Below are positions 50,584-60,129 of a DNA stretch of 64,000 nt, one piece after another. A program made the translations under genes and the position numbers. Source of the stretch: Kiritimatiellia bacterium (GTDB taxonomy: Bacteria; Verrucomicrobiota; Kiritimatiellia; JAAZAB01); the NCBI GenBank assembly GCA_040767085.1, contig JAXGPF010000015.1:26796-90795 (forward strand). The letters run 5' to 3'. Every line of letters begins with the position of its first letter. Within the stretch, counting starts at the first letter, position 1. The notes below the pieces were generated by a model. The model was not told where the DNA came from, made no database searches, and was given only the letters and a program-made list of their open reading frames with translations.

Positions 50584-52344
50584 TTACCGAAGATTAATCA
50601 ATATACCGCACGGAACATATTCATAACATCCCATGTCCGTCCGGCGAAAGAATCGGTTAATCCGGGGGCGGCCATCCAGATCCACGGCCTCGGCCATCCA
50701 GGATTGGTTCGTGCCGGCATTGGCACAGGGCGAACCGCCCGTCAGCCGGAAGTCGCCGGCGGCAAAATCCGCAAACCCGGGCGCATTGGTGATGTTGCCG
50801 TTCCCGGAGTTGGTCAGCGCCGGGCTGCAGGAGTAAAATACTGGCGCGATATATGACGGGTCGCCCGGCATATCCGGATAATTCAAGCTGGCTGAATTCG
50901 AGGCCACCACGCAATTAAAAACCACCATATTATTCGATATATTCATCCCACCGTAATTATTGGAAACGGAATTGCCGGCAATGGTGCAGGATTCCACCCG
51001 GGCATCGAATGGATTCGGCCCGGATTTTACGCCCGTTTCGCCCGTATAAAACAAGCCGCCGCCGCTTCCATTGGTGGCGGTGATTCGATTATCGGCGATC
51101 AAGCAGTTTTGCACGACCACGCTGGCGCTGCCGGTGCAAACCAGCAGCCCACCGCCGCTGCTCCAATTATAGGCAAGGCTGTTGCTGCTGATCACGCAAT
51201 TGTGGAAGGACGCCGTGCCATGCGTGTATATGAATGCGCCGCCGCCGAACCGGCAACGATCGCCGCCATTTTCAATAATTTTGGCATTCACCACCGCGAG
51301 TGTTCCGGAAGAAGTTTCCGCGAGCGTATATCCATCGCATAGTCCCGCCCCTATAACGGTTGTTCCGGCAGCCGCCGCTTGGTTGCCCTTGACAACGCAA
51401 TTGCTGATCATGGCGCCGCCAGACCGGGATGTCAGATACGAATAAATCCCGGCGCCGGCTGTTTTGGCTTTATTCCCGATAATCAGGCTGTCTCGGATTA
51501 TAGGATAGCCCTCTCTATATATGCCAATCCCGCCACCGCCGAATTCGGAAATATTATTGCTGATAATCGAATCGGTTATCAGCATACCCGGGCCAAGAAC
51601 ATATATCCCGCCTCCCACGCTGCCGCCACTATTGGAAGCATAGTTGGCAGCGATGGTGCAGTTGGAAATCACTCCATTGGTGGATTTGGTGTAAATTCCG
51701 CCGCCATTCAGCGGGCAGGCGTTACTGCTGACAACACTATCCAGCAGGCTGGCGCCGCCGTAATTGCCGTAAATATCGCCGAATATCATCCCGCCGCCTG
51801 CCACACTGGCATAATTATTCGAAACCCAGCAGTTGCGCATCACCGCATTGGAATTGAACAGCGCCACGCCGCCGCCGCGGAACCCCAGGTTTTCTCTGAT
51901 AATGCAGTTGGTCGCCAACCCGGCTTCCACCAGGATGCCCCCGCCACAGCCGTATTGATGAACGAAAAGATTTTGCGGATAGCCGTTTTTCAGGGTAAAT
52001 CCGTCAAAAACCGCGCCGGCGCTGCTCACCCGCACGCAACGGGTGGAATAATTCACATCCGGATACATGGTGGTGATTACCGCGCCGGTGGGCGCGTGCA
52101 TGCCGCGGACCGTTATATCCTTGGTGATGTAAATGTTGACCATCTGGGTGTAAACGCCCGGATTGACCAGCACGGTGTCGCCCGCCACGGCCTTGTCCAC
52201 GCCGTTGCTGATCGTCAGATACGGATTGCCGGCCGATCCGTTGCCGTCCGTATCGCTGCCCGTCGTCGCCACGTAAATCGTGGTTTGGCCGAATGCGCAT
52301 AATACCGGCAAACAAAGCAGCCAGACTGAATGACATAATTTCAT
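50584..52344 (-). CDS. Secreted beta-helix protein C
   Basis: Close paralog of B. Confidence 0.82.
   Translation of the reverse strand: MKLCHSVWLLCLPVLCAFGQTTIYVATTGSDTDGNGSAGNPYLTISNGVDKAVAGDTVLVNPGVYTQMVNIYITKDITVRGMHAPTGAVITTMYPDVNYSTRCVRVSSAGAVFDGFTLKNGYPQNLFVHQYGCGGGILVEAGLATNCIIRENLGFRGGGVALFNSNAVMRNCWVSNNYASVAGGGMIFGDIYGNYGGASLLDSVVSSNACPLNGGGIYTKSTNGVISNCTIAANYASNSGGSVGGGIYVLGPGMLITDSIISNNISEFGGGGIGIYREGYPIIRDSLIIGNKAKTAGAGIYSYLTSRSGGAMISNCVVKGNQAAAAGTTVIGAGLCDGYTLAETSSGTLAVVNAKIIENGGDRCRFGGGAFIYTHGTASFHNCVISSNSLAYNWSSGGGLLVCTGSASVVVQNCLIADNRITATNGSGGGLFYTGETGVKSGPNPFDARVESCTIAGNSVSNNYGGMNISNNMVVFNCVVASNSASLNYPDMPGDPSYIAPVFYSCSPALTNSGNGNITNAPGFADFAAGDFRLTGGSPCANAGTNQSWMAEAVDLDGRPRINRFFRRTDMGCYEYVPCGILINLR
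50620..51783. repeat. ~1.16-kb direct repeat, copy 2
   Basis: Matches 44477-45640. Confidence 0.9.
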
Positions 52345-52402
52345 TGCGCACCTTCTCTTTTGGGACATGCATACTGGAAAATCTCAGATAAATTATTATT
52401 CA

Positions 52403-55400
52403 TTATTCAGGCAAAACCCGCAATGAAAAATCATCCATTAGCAAAATATTTTTCTTTTCGCTGGACTTCAACCCCAGGACAACAACTTGAGCATAAGCAG
52501 TTCCCGGCCACCATTGTTTCGGGCCGATCGTCCCTTGAAATTCGGTCCACTCGCCCGGTATTGTCACGTTTACCGCGCCGGGCAGGAATATCCCGCCATT
52601 GCCGGCGCGGTTCTCCGTCACCGGCGTGCCGGCCGGCCGGTTCAACCCGCATGGCTTGCTCAATACAACCGTCCAACCATCGTCTTCCCGCCGGACCTCG
52701 TCAATGCCGAGCGGCGACACATCCGGCGTATATTCATTCTCGCTCGCGTCAAAGGCCATGGCAAATGACCGGCTGGGTTTCCAGTTGGCGGCGTTTTTCA
52801 CCCGCAAGATGCGGTCGTCGGACCGGCAGGGCGCGGCCAGTTCCGTCCGGGTGCCTGGCAGGGAAAACACGTTCCAGTGCCGGATCAGCCGCTTTTGGGC
52901 ATCCGCCAGCATCACTCCGAAAATAATCCCCTTGATTGATTCCGGCCCGGCTTTGAACCACCCGCTTAACGCATGAGCCCGGTTGGTGTCAACCGCGACC
53001 CAATCGGAGGACACCCCTTGCGACTGCCCGCGCCAGCAGAAAGCATATTCGCCCGTATGTGCTTGGCCCGGGCGCACTCCGAATTCGCCGAAACGCAGAT
53101 TCTCCAGGCCTGCCCAGCCGTCCGCGGCGCCGGACTCCGCACCGGGATTGAGCAGAAGGTTGTCCGGATCAGCCGTCACTACTTTTTTTTTACGCAAAAT
53201 GGAATCATCCTGGAATGCCGTCGGCTGCCCGCCCTGCTCCACCTGCAAACCTGAAATCCAGATCACATCGTCATCGGATGGGATAATCAACATGGACCGC
53301 GCGCCCAGGTTCGCGCCCGAGCCTGGCGGCAAATCGAAGGTGATGTGATGGCGCTGCCAATCCGGAGTCAAGCCCTTAACCGTGAAAGGCTGGTCCTCGC
53401 CGAAGCGAATCCACAAGTTGGCCTTGGGACTCTGGCTGCGGGCATGAAACGAAAAGGTGATTGGCATCGGTTTATCCGATACCGGCGGATAGAATGAAGC
53501 ATACATCCCGCGTGTTTTGCGTCCGCCCAGATCATACTTGCGTTTGAGCATCCGCAAAGACGGACGGCCATTCCAAAGCGCTTCATTGTCCACGAACCAA
53601 TCGCTCTTGCCCGGCTGGCCCCAGAACGGATCCACGCTCAGGCAGAAATAAGGCCTGTAGAAATCAGGCACGGCCGGATTGGTTTGCTGCTCGAAGCAGG
53701 GGTTGGGCATGTGGTTTTTGCTCAGCATCAACTGGCGCACAATCCCGGGGATGTCAACTGATGGCGCGCGCTCTTCCTCTACCGGCGTCATTTCCACTGC
53801 CACTTTCACCGGCGCGGGCGAACCGGACAGTTTCATCCTGAAGGCGCGTGTGCCGTAAGGCTCAATCTTGTCGGCAAACGCTTCCCCATCCAACTTTAAT
53901 ATCCTTTGCCCCTCTGCCCCTTTGCCCCTTTGCCCCTCTGCCCCTTTGTCCCCCTGCCCCTCGCTGGCAAACATCCGCGCCGCGCGTTCCAGTCCGCCAA
54001 CCTGGAACTTCGTATCCACGGCGTGCGGCATGATATTGGCCGCCAGCAGCAGGTAATCGCCATCCGGATACTGGAACACCGCCGCATTGACCATGGGGAA
54101 TTTGCGTTCCCGCGGGGCAAAATCATCCGGTGTGTAGTGAATGCTTTGCGGGACATCGCCATTGACCAGCGCGGGGGTCATCTCCTTGACCTGAGTGCTG
54201 ATGGCGCGCAGGGCATCCCAGGCATCCGGTCCGACCACGCAACTCAAGGCGAAATAGATCAAGCCGCGCGATCCGTAAATCATCGCGGTGTACGCCTGAC
54301 ACAACATATGCGCCTTGCTCAGACCGATGGGCGACCGGCCGGGATCCAGGATATTGGACAGGGGCACAAACCACATGATCTTGTTGTCCTGCCGGCACCG
54401 CTCGCGCAGTTCCCATGCGTAAAACGCCGTGCTCAACCCCGGCTCGCTGTAAAAACCGCTGACATGCGCGCGCGGATAGACATCATAACCAAGAATGTCG
54501 CCCCAGCGCGTCCAGTTGTCGCCGTGGGGAATATGCTTGGAATATAGCAGGAATAACGGGCGGTAAGCGTCCAGCGCTTTCACCGTCTGCCAATACCACT
54601 CGGCAATGGCAATCCGTTCATCGGGATTGATCAAGTTTGGCTCGTCGAAATTCCAGTATCCGAAAAAATTTTTATAATCGCGTAGAATCTTGATATCGGC
54701 GTCCCGGTAAGACGCCCCCTGGTCATAACTTCCCCTTTGAACTTCAAGGCGCTTGGCCAGCGGCATGTCCGGCGGCGCCTGCGGATCAATCAGATTTACC
54801 GGATATCCCAGCTTGTTGCAGAAGGTCGAGTAATTCCAGGTGACGACCATCAAGCCATATTTTTCCGCCAGGTCCATAAAAGCGGCCGCATTGGTGGCGC
54901 CGCCGCTGCGCACCACGAGATTCAGCCCCACATCATCCGCCAGGAATTGGAAGACCTCTTCGTCATCTTCCAGGCTCCCGCGGGCGCCCAGCCGGAATTG
55001 CAAGCTATGCCCGCAAATCCCCACCGGGAAAAAAGGTTCCTGATCCTTTAACAAGACGCCCCGCGTGAAATCGGCTTTGGCCTCATACCCCGGGCGCGGC
55101 GCCAACCGGATCAGATTAATCGGCCGGGCGGCCAATTCCATTCCATCCAGGAGCACCCGCACCATGACTGCATTATCTCCGAATTTCAGGGCCGACAAGG
55201 GCACTGCCGGCGTCATAACCGGCGTCAACCCCTTAATTTCAGCAACCATCTTGCCGTCCGCTTCCAGCACCAGCGCGGCCCGCGCCAGCATATTCGAAGG
55301 CAATCCCAGTTCCACGCGGATTCCGGCGGATTCTTCGCTGGTGTAATAACTGCGCGCGGCAAATGCTTTTTTAATGATTTTCAACGCCGATGTGTCTTCA

Positions 55401-56434
55401 ATCTGTCTGGATGCCAGTAAATCGCCAGTATCCGGATTGCACAAGACGACCTGGACCAGGCGTTCCTGCAAATTGCCGGCCGGAATCTGCAAATCAAGCT
55501 CCAGCGCCCCCCGCACTTCCAGCAATTGCGCATGGCGCTCGACCGCGCCGGCGCCGAAATCCTCGACAACCTTCAATTGCGCCGCGCCCTCCACCGGCGT
55601 GGCGGTGGCCAGGGTCACACGCAAATCATAGAAATTACTGCCGCCATCCTGCCGGACCCCGGCAATGTCCGCCGCCGCAATCCGCGGAGCGAAGGGCACC
55701 TCCGGTTGTAATCCGGCCAAGCCGGCCACCGGGCAAAAATTGGCCGGATGATGGAAGCCGCCTTGGCTGCCGGATTTCAGCATGCTCAACACCTTGCGTT
55801 CATTTTGTTTGGCGCCGTAATCATCCAGTTCAACTTGGACCATGGTGCGTCCGAGGCTGATTGTCAGCCCACTCAAATCGTCCTGCCCCAGGCAGAACCA
55901 GGGGATGGCGATTTCCGCGCTCCAGCCGTCCTCCCCCCGCCGGGTGGCGGTCCGCCAGACGGGATTCCAGCCGATATCGCGCAGGCCTGCCTGGTTGCAG
56001 CGTTGTTCCTTGCCGACATTGGCAAAATTCAACAGAAAATGATAATAGTCGGCGGCCGGATCGGCGGACGGCCGGATCAGAATTTCCAGCGCCGCATCAT
56101 GATGCACCGCGCCGTCATGCTGGAATGCGAGCTGCGGCACATGTTCCATGTTGGGATTGGCGCATTGCGCGCCGATGTAAAGCCAGGCATTGTCGCGCAT
56201 CAGCCATAAGGTGGTTTCCGGCGCCGGCTCAGCGCTGCCGATCTGATAAAGATGTTCGATTTTAGCGGCGGATGCCCAGGCCGGATCCTCCAGCGCGCCG
56301 TCCAGCAGCGGCGGCTTGCCGCATACCGGGATATTCAAACTTGAAACATCCGCGCCGGCATCGTATGCGATACCGGCGCTCGCCAGCATAGCCAATAACC
56401 AGCCCCATTGCGCCAGTCTATTCATCGTTATCAA
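52403..56434 (-). CDS. Large secreted glycoside-hydrolase-like protein C
   Basis: Paralog of A and B; NFDEP, DILGYDVYP. Confidence 0.72.
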   Translation of the reverse strand: MITMNRLAQWGWLLAMLASAGIAYDAGADVSSLNIPVCGKPPLLDGALEDPAWASAAKIEHLYQIGSAEPAPETTLWLMRDNAWLYIGAQCANPNMEHVPQLAFQHDGAVHHDAALEILIRPSADPAADYYHFLLNFANVGKEQRCNQAGLRDIGWNPVWRTATRRGEDGWSAEIAIPWFCLGQDDLSGLTISLGRTMVQVELDDYGAKQNERKVLSMLKSGSQGGFHHPANFCPVAGLAGLQPEVPFAPRIAAADIAGVRQDGGSNFYDLRVTLATATPVEGAAQLKVVEDFGAGAVERHAQLLEVRGALELDLQIPAGNLQERLVQVVLCNPDTGDLLASRQIEDTSALKIIKKAFAARSYYTSEESAGIRVELGLPSNMLARAALVLEADGKMVAEIKGLTPVMTPAVPLSALKFGDNAVMVRVLLDGMELAARPINLIRLAPRPGYEAKADFTRGVLLKDQEPFFPVGICGHSLQFRLGARGSLEDDEEVFQFLADDVGLNLVVRSGGATNAAAFMDLAEKYGLMVVTWNYSTFCNKLGYPVNLIDPQAPPDMPLAKRLEVQRGSYDQGASYRDADIKILRDYKNFFGYWNFDEPNLINPDERIAIAEWYWQTVKALDAYRPLFLLYSKHIPHGDNWTRWGDILGYDVYPRAHVSGFYSEPGLSTAFYAWELRERCRQDNKIMWFVPLSNILDPGRSPIGLSKAHMLCQAYTAMIYGSRGLIYFALSCVVGPDAWDALRAISTQVKEMTPALVNGDVPQSIHYTPDDFAPRERKFPMVNAAVFQYPDGDYLLLAANIMPHAVDTKFQVGGLERAARMFASEGQGDKGAEGQRGKGAEGQRILKLDGEAFADKIEPYGTRAFRMKLSGSPAPVKVAVEMTPVEEERAPSVDIPGIVRQLMLSKNHMPNPCFEQQTNPAVPDFYRPYFCLSVDPFWGQPGKSDWFVDNEALWNGRPSLRMLKRKYDLGGRKTRGMYASFYPPVSDKPMPITFSFHARSQSPKANLWIRFGEDQPFTVKGLTPDWQRHHITFDLPPGSGANLGARSMLIIPSDDDVIWISGLQVEQGGQPTAFQDDSILRKKKVVTADPDNLLLNPGAESGAADGWAGLENLRFGEFGVRPGQAHTGEYAFCWRGQSQGVSSDWVAVDTNRAHALSGWFKAGPESIKGIIFGVMLADAQKRLIRHWNVFSLPGTRTELAAPCRSDDRILRVKNAANWKPSRSFAMAFDASENEYTPDVSPLGIDEVRREDDGWTVVLSKPCGLNRPAGTPVTENRAGNGGIFLPGAVNVTIPGEWTEFQGTIGPKQWWPGTAYAQVVVLGLKSSEKKNILLMDDFSLRVLPE

Positions 56435-58463
56435 CTCCTTTGATCAATTTCTCCACTGCCGCCAATTTATCTCCCAATACCGCGCCTTTTTGACGGGCCT
56501 GCTCCTGCATGTATTCCGACAGATACTCCCGGTTGGACGCCAAGCGGGTCTGCAGATACAGGTTGAACATATCCTGCAAGCGATCAAACGCCTGGCGCGC
56601 GGCGCCGGCCTGGTACTGGTCCGACAATGATGCAATAAAATCATGGCCGGCCTGTTCCAGCCGGCAATACGCCAGCAGCAACTGCGATTGCGCGATCAGG
56701 TCAGGCGCATTCAGTTTTTCGGCCAGTTTCAAGGCCCGCCCGGCCTGAAGCGCGCCGGCTGGCAATTCGTCCGGATTGACCAGGGAATCATCCCATTTTT
56801 TATCCCTGGCCATTTGCGCCAGGTTGTTAAACCAGGACAAGCCGGAGCTTGGCCAGCATTTTGGCAGGCGCACTGCCTGCGGCATATCCATGGCGGCAAT
56901 CCACGCGACAAATCCGGCCGGATCGGCATAGCCCTGCCGGCAGGCCCAGGCTTCGGCAAATTCGCCGGCAGTGCGCCCTGACGCATTCCAGGAATATTCC
57001 GCCAACGCGCAAAGCTGATACCGGTATTGACGGTAAAACTTATCCGGATTGCCGCCGCCGGCGCCGGGGGTAAACTGCCATGCGCCGATATACTTGCCGT
57101 CAACGATCTGCTGCATGCGGGCGCGAACGTGTTCGGAACGATAAGCGGCTGTCAGCGACACCACGTTCATCCGCGAGATGCGTTTGCCTGATCCGGCATA
57201 GTCGGCCAGCAGCCGTCCGTCCGGGCCGTCGCACCCCATGGAGGGGCGCATCGCGACATCAGGGGGCAGGATGTCCATGATGGTTTTGATTTCCTCGTCC
57301 GGGTAACGCTCCGTCAATGGATGCCTGGCGCTGGCCAACCCGCCGCGGCCGAAAAACACGCTGAGTTTCAAATGCGGGTATGACTTTTTAGCGGATTCCC
57401 ATGCGGCTATGGCCGCCTTGACTTCCGCCACGTATTGTCCGGTTTTGACGCAATTTTCGCATTCGCAATGCGCGGCGGGATATTCACTCATCCAGATCAT
57501 GACTTCGGATGCCCGTTGCGCCGCAAGATCAGCCATGACCACAGTCAGAATTTTCACCAAATCCGGATTGGACGCGCATGGCACCCGCTGTTGCCCGCCG
57601 GCTTCGCGGGAGGCCGGATTCCATGCCGCATCCCCCTTGCCCGGCAGCTCCGGATAAAATTTTAAATACCCCGGCTTGTTCTTTTCCCAATAATCGTAAT
57701 GCGAGGTGCCGCGCACCAATTCCGCGCCGTATTCGCGGGCATGGTCGAAAGGGGATATCCATTCCGCGCCGGCTTGCCGCGCCAGGATATCCGGCGGATC
57801 GGGATGGACGCCGGCTTCATCAACGGAAAATCTCACGCTCAAAAAAAACCGGTTCATCTTCAGGGATGCCAGCCATGGAATTTGCTTTGCCGGCATATGC
57901 CAGAATCCGCGCTCTTCCAAGTCCGGCCAGTCCACGATGCAGGCCACGGGAATTTCAGCCTGCGCTGGAGTCAGATGCCGTTCCAGCCACTGGGCAAGGG
58001 TGCGCGTGCCGTAATACAGCCCGCGTTCATTCACCGCCGCCACAACCAGCCGGTCCGCGCCAACCGGCTGAATCACATATGCTTGATCGGAGTTCGGAAC
58101 ATCCTTCAGCCGGGCGCCGGCGGGAACCTCAATTCCATCCAGTCGGCCCTGTTCATCCATTAATCCGATCAGAATTTCATAATTCTTGGCGGCCGGCTCT
58201 ATCCCGGCCTTCTCCCGGAACAAGGCAACAACATTTGAAACCGCAATTTGTTCCAACCCGGCCGCGCCGGGCCGGCCCCGGATGCCGACCTCAGCGGGCT
58301 TTATCTTTCTTATTTCAGCAATGGAAATTTCATGCGGCAAGGGCATCAGTTCCCGCCGCCAGGCCGCTGCACCGGCCTGGTCCAGCTGCACCAACTCGCC
58401 GGCCGCCCCAACCGCCATCGATAGCGCTGCCACCGCCAAGGCCATCACTGTTGATTGATTCAT
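56418..58463 (-). CDS. Secreted protein with GH20 domain-2 (hexosaminidase-like N-terminus) and an unassigned catalytic domain
   Basis: LMPLPHEI, DQAYVI, GLYYGTRTLAQ, IVDWPDLEERG; CECENC. Confidence 0.7.
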   Translation of the reverse strand: MNQSTVMALAVAALSMAVGAAGELVQLDQAGAAAWRRELMPLPHEISIAEIRKIKPAEVGIRGRPGAAGLEQIAVSNVVALFREKAGIEPAAKNYEILIGLMDEQGRLDGIEVPAGARLKDVPNSDQAYVIQPVGADRLVVAAVNERGLYYGTRTLAQWLERHLTPAQAEIPVACIVDWPDLEERGFWHMPAKQIPWLASLKMNRFFLSVRFSVDEAGVHPDPPDILARQAGAEWISPFDHAREYGAELVRGTSHYDYWEKNKPGYLKFYPELPGKGDAAWNPASREAGGQQRVPCASNPDLVKILTVVMADLAAQRASEVMIWMSEYPAAHCECENCVKTGQYVAEVKAAIAAWESAKKSYPHLKLSVFFGRGGLASARHPLTERYPDEEIKTIMDILPPDVAMRPSMGCDGPDGRLLADYAGSGKRISRMNVVSLTAAYRSEHVRARMQQIVDGKYIGAWQFTPGAGGGNPDKFYRQYRYQLCALAEYSWNASGRTAGEFAEAWACRQGYADPAGFVAWIAAMDMPQAVRLPKCWPSSGLSWFNNLAQMARDKKWDDSLVNPDELPAGALQAGRALKLAEKLNAPDLIAQSQLLLAYCRLEQAGHDFIASLSDQYQAGAARQAFDRLQDMFNLYLQTRLASNREYLSEYMQEQARQKGAVLGDKLAAVEKLIKGVDNDE

Positions 58464-58665
58464 GCGTTCTCCTTCACAGATGATTGCATTACAATTGCGC
58501 AACTTGCAAAATCTGAATTTTGCCAGGCAAAATCATTGTTGGAAAATTTATCAAATAAAATTTACATAATATTGGCCGGCTGGCAATGGCGGATTTGATC
58601 AATCACATGATGGATTTGTCCATTGGCCGGTTCCCGGGACGACACGCGGACATTGTGAAAAACAG

Positions 58666-58714
58666 GGAGCCAGCTGTCGGGATCGAACCGACGACCTGCT
58701 GATTACAAATCAGC
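58666..58714 (-). other. tRNA-Thr(TGT) 3' fragment, att site of the integrated element
   Basis: GCTGATTTGTAATCAGCAGGTCGTCGGTTCGATCCCGACAGCTGGCTCC has the anticodon arm, T arm and 3' acceptor strand, but no D arm or 5' strand. Confidence 0.88.
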
Positions 58715-58836
58715 GGAATACTATTAATTTTATTGATTATATTGTTGACAATATGCTTTCTGTATGCTTTTATATTTGCAGTAATGAATAGAAAAGCAAG
58801 CGACCGCAAACAAGCGCAACATACAGGAAGCACATC

Positions 58837-60129
58837 ATGAAACACCGCACCGGCTATCTTTTCCAACGCGGCAAACAGTATTATCTCCAATACCGCATTG
58901 AAGGCAAGACTATTGTTGAACGCCTGGGAACCGACAACAAGGACGAGGCCGAAAAGATGCGCGCGGAAAAAATGCGCGCGTTCACCACTGCCGCCCGCGC
59001 TGATGCTCTGGCTGTCATAAAAGATAAATTGTCCGATGCCAAGACCGAGGCGCAGACCGCCAAAGATAAAGCCAACCCACCGCTTAACATTGCCGGCGCA
59101 TGGCGCGCCTACGAAGCCGCCAGCAATCGCCCGGACTCAAGCGAGCGAACATTATACGGTTATGAATGTTCGTGGAAACGCTTTGCCGCCTGGATGCACG
59201 ACAAGCACCCCGGCAAGCTCTTGATGCGGGACATTGACGCCGACACCGCCGCCGCATACGCCCAGCACCTGGCCGCGGAAAAGGTAAGCGCCAGCACCTT
59301 TAATCAGCATATCGGACTTTTGCGCTTGGTATGGCGTTGCCTGGCCGGCCAGATACGCGGAACCGGCAATCCCTGGATGGACATTGCTAAAAAGCGCGCG
59401 CAACGTCTACAGCACCGGCACAAGGCCATCACGGCAGAACAGTTTGACAACCTGCTTAAAGCCGCCCCGGACGCCGACATCCACGACTTGCTTTTTGTGC
59501 TTGGCTGGACTGGCCAGCGCCTGGTTGACGGCGTAATGCTCCGCTGGGATGCTATAGACTTTAAGCGCAGAGTAATAACGCTGCACCCGGTCAAAACCGC
59601 CCGCACCGGCAAGGCCGTTCATATCCCCATCATGCCCCCGCTGGCTGAATTGTTCCAGAAGCGCCGCGAAATGGTAACGGGCGCGCAGGTATTCCCGGAA
59701 CTTGTGCCCGACTACGAACGCGACCGCAGCGCAATTTCCAAGCGGATACAAAAGACATTTGACAAGGCCGGACTATCGCCACGGGACAACTTGCCGGGAT
59801 TGAAACGGGCAGTTGCGTTTTATGGCGCCCACTCACTCCGCCATTTTTTCGCCACCCAGGCACTAACCGCCGGGATACCGGGCGAGATTGTGAAGCGTAT
59901 CACCGGCCACACATCCGACGACATGCTGGAAGGCTACCAACACATTGATGCGGCCATGATCGGCGGTCTGGCGGACAGAATAGGCAACGGGCATACCCCC
60001 ACCGCCCCGACCGCCCTACCCGCCCCGGCCACCGACTGGCGCGCCCAGGTGCTGGCCCTGGCCGACCGGCTGACCGCCAGGACGTGGAAGGCTGTTCGGG
60101 AAGAAATGCGCGACCTGGCCGGCGGCTGA
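58837..60129 (+). CDS. Tyrosine recombinase/integrase
   Basis: Arm-binding-like N-terminus; TGQR, K (PVKT), HSLRH, GH, Y catalytic set. Confidence 0.93.
   Translation: MKHRTGYLFQRGKQYYLQYRIEGKTIVERLGTDNKDEAEKMRAEKMRAFTTAARADALAVIKDKLSDAKTEAQTAKDKANPPLNIAGAWRAYEAASNRPDSSERTLYGYECSWKRFAAWMHDKHPGKLLMRDIDADTAAAYAQHLAAEKVSASTFNQHIGLLRLVWRCLAGQIRGTGNPWMDIAKKRAQRLQHRHKAITAEQFDNLLKAAPDADIHDLLFVLGWTGQRLVDGVMLRWDAIDFKRRVITLHPVKTARTGKAVHIPIMPPLAELFQKRREMVTGAQVFPELVPDYERDRSAISKRIQKTFDKAGLSPRDNLPGLKRAVAFYGAHSLRHFFATQALTAGIPGEIVKRITGHTSDDMLEGYQHIDAAMIGGLADRIGNGHTPTAPTALPAPATDWRAQVLALADRLTARTWKAVREEMRDLAGG

Noticed and set aside
44477-51783. Diversity-generating retroelement TR/VR pair
   Set aside because: No reverse transcriptase, the repeat is far too long, and it shows no adenine-specific mismatches
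58666-58714. Complete tRNA-Thr gene
   Set aside because: The D arm and 5' acceptor strand are absent; similarity stops right at the anticodon stem
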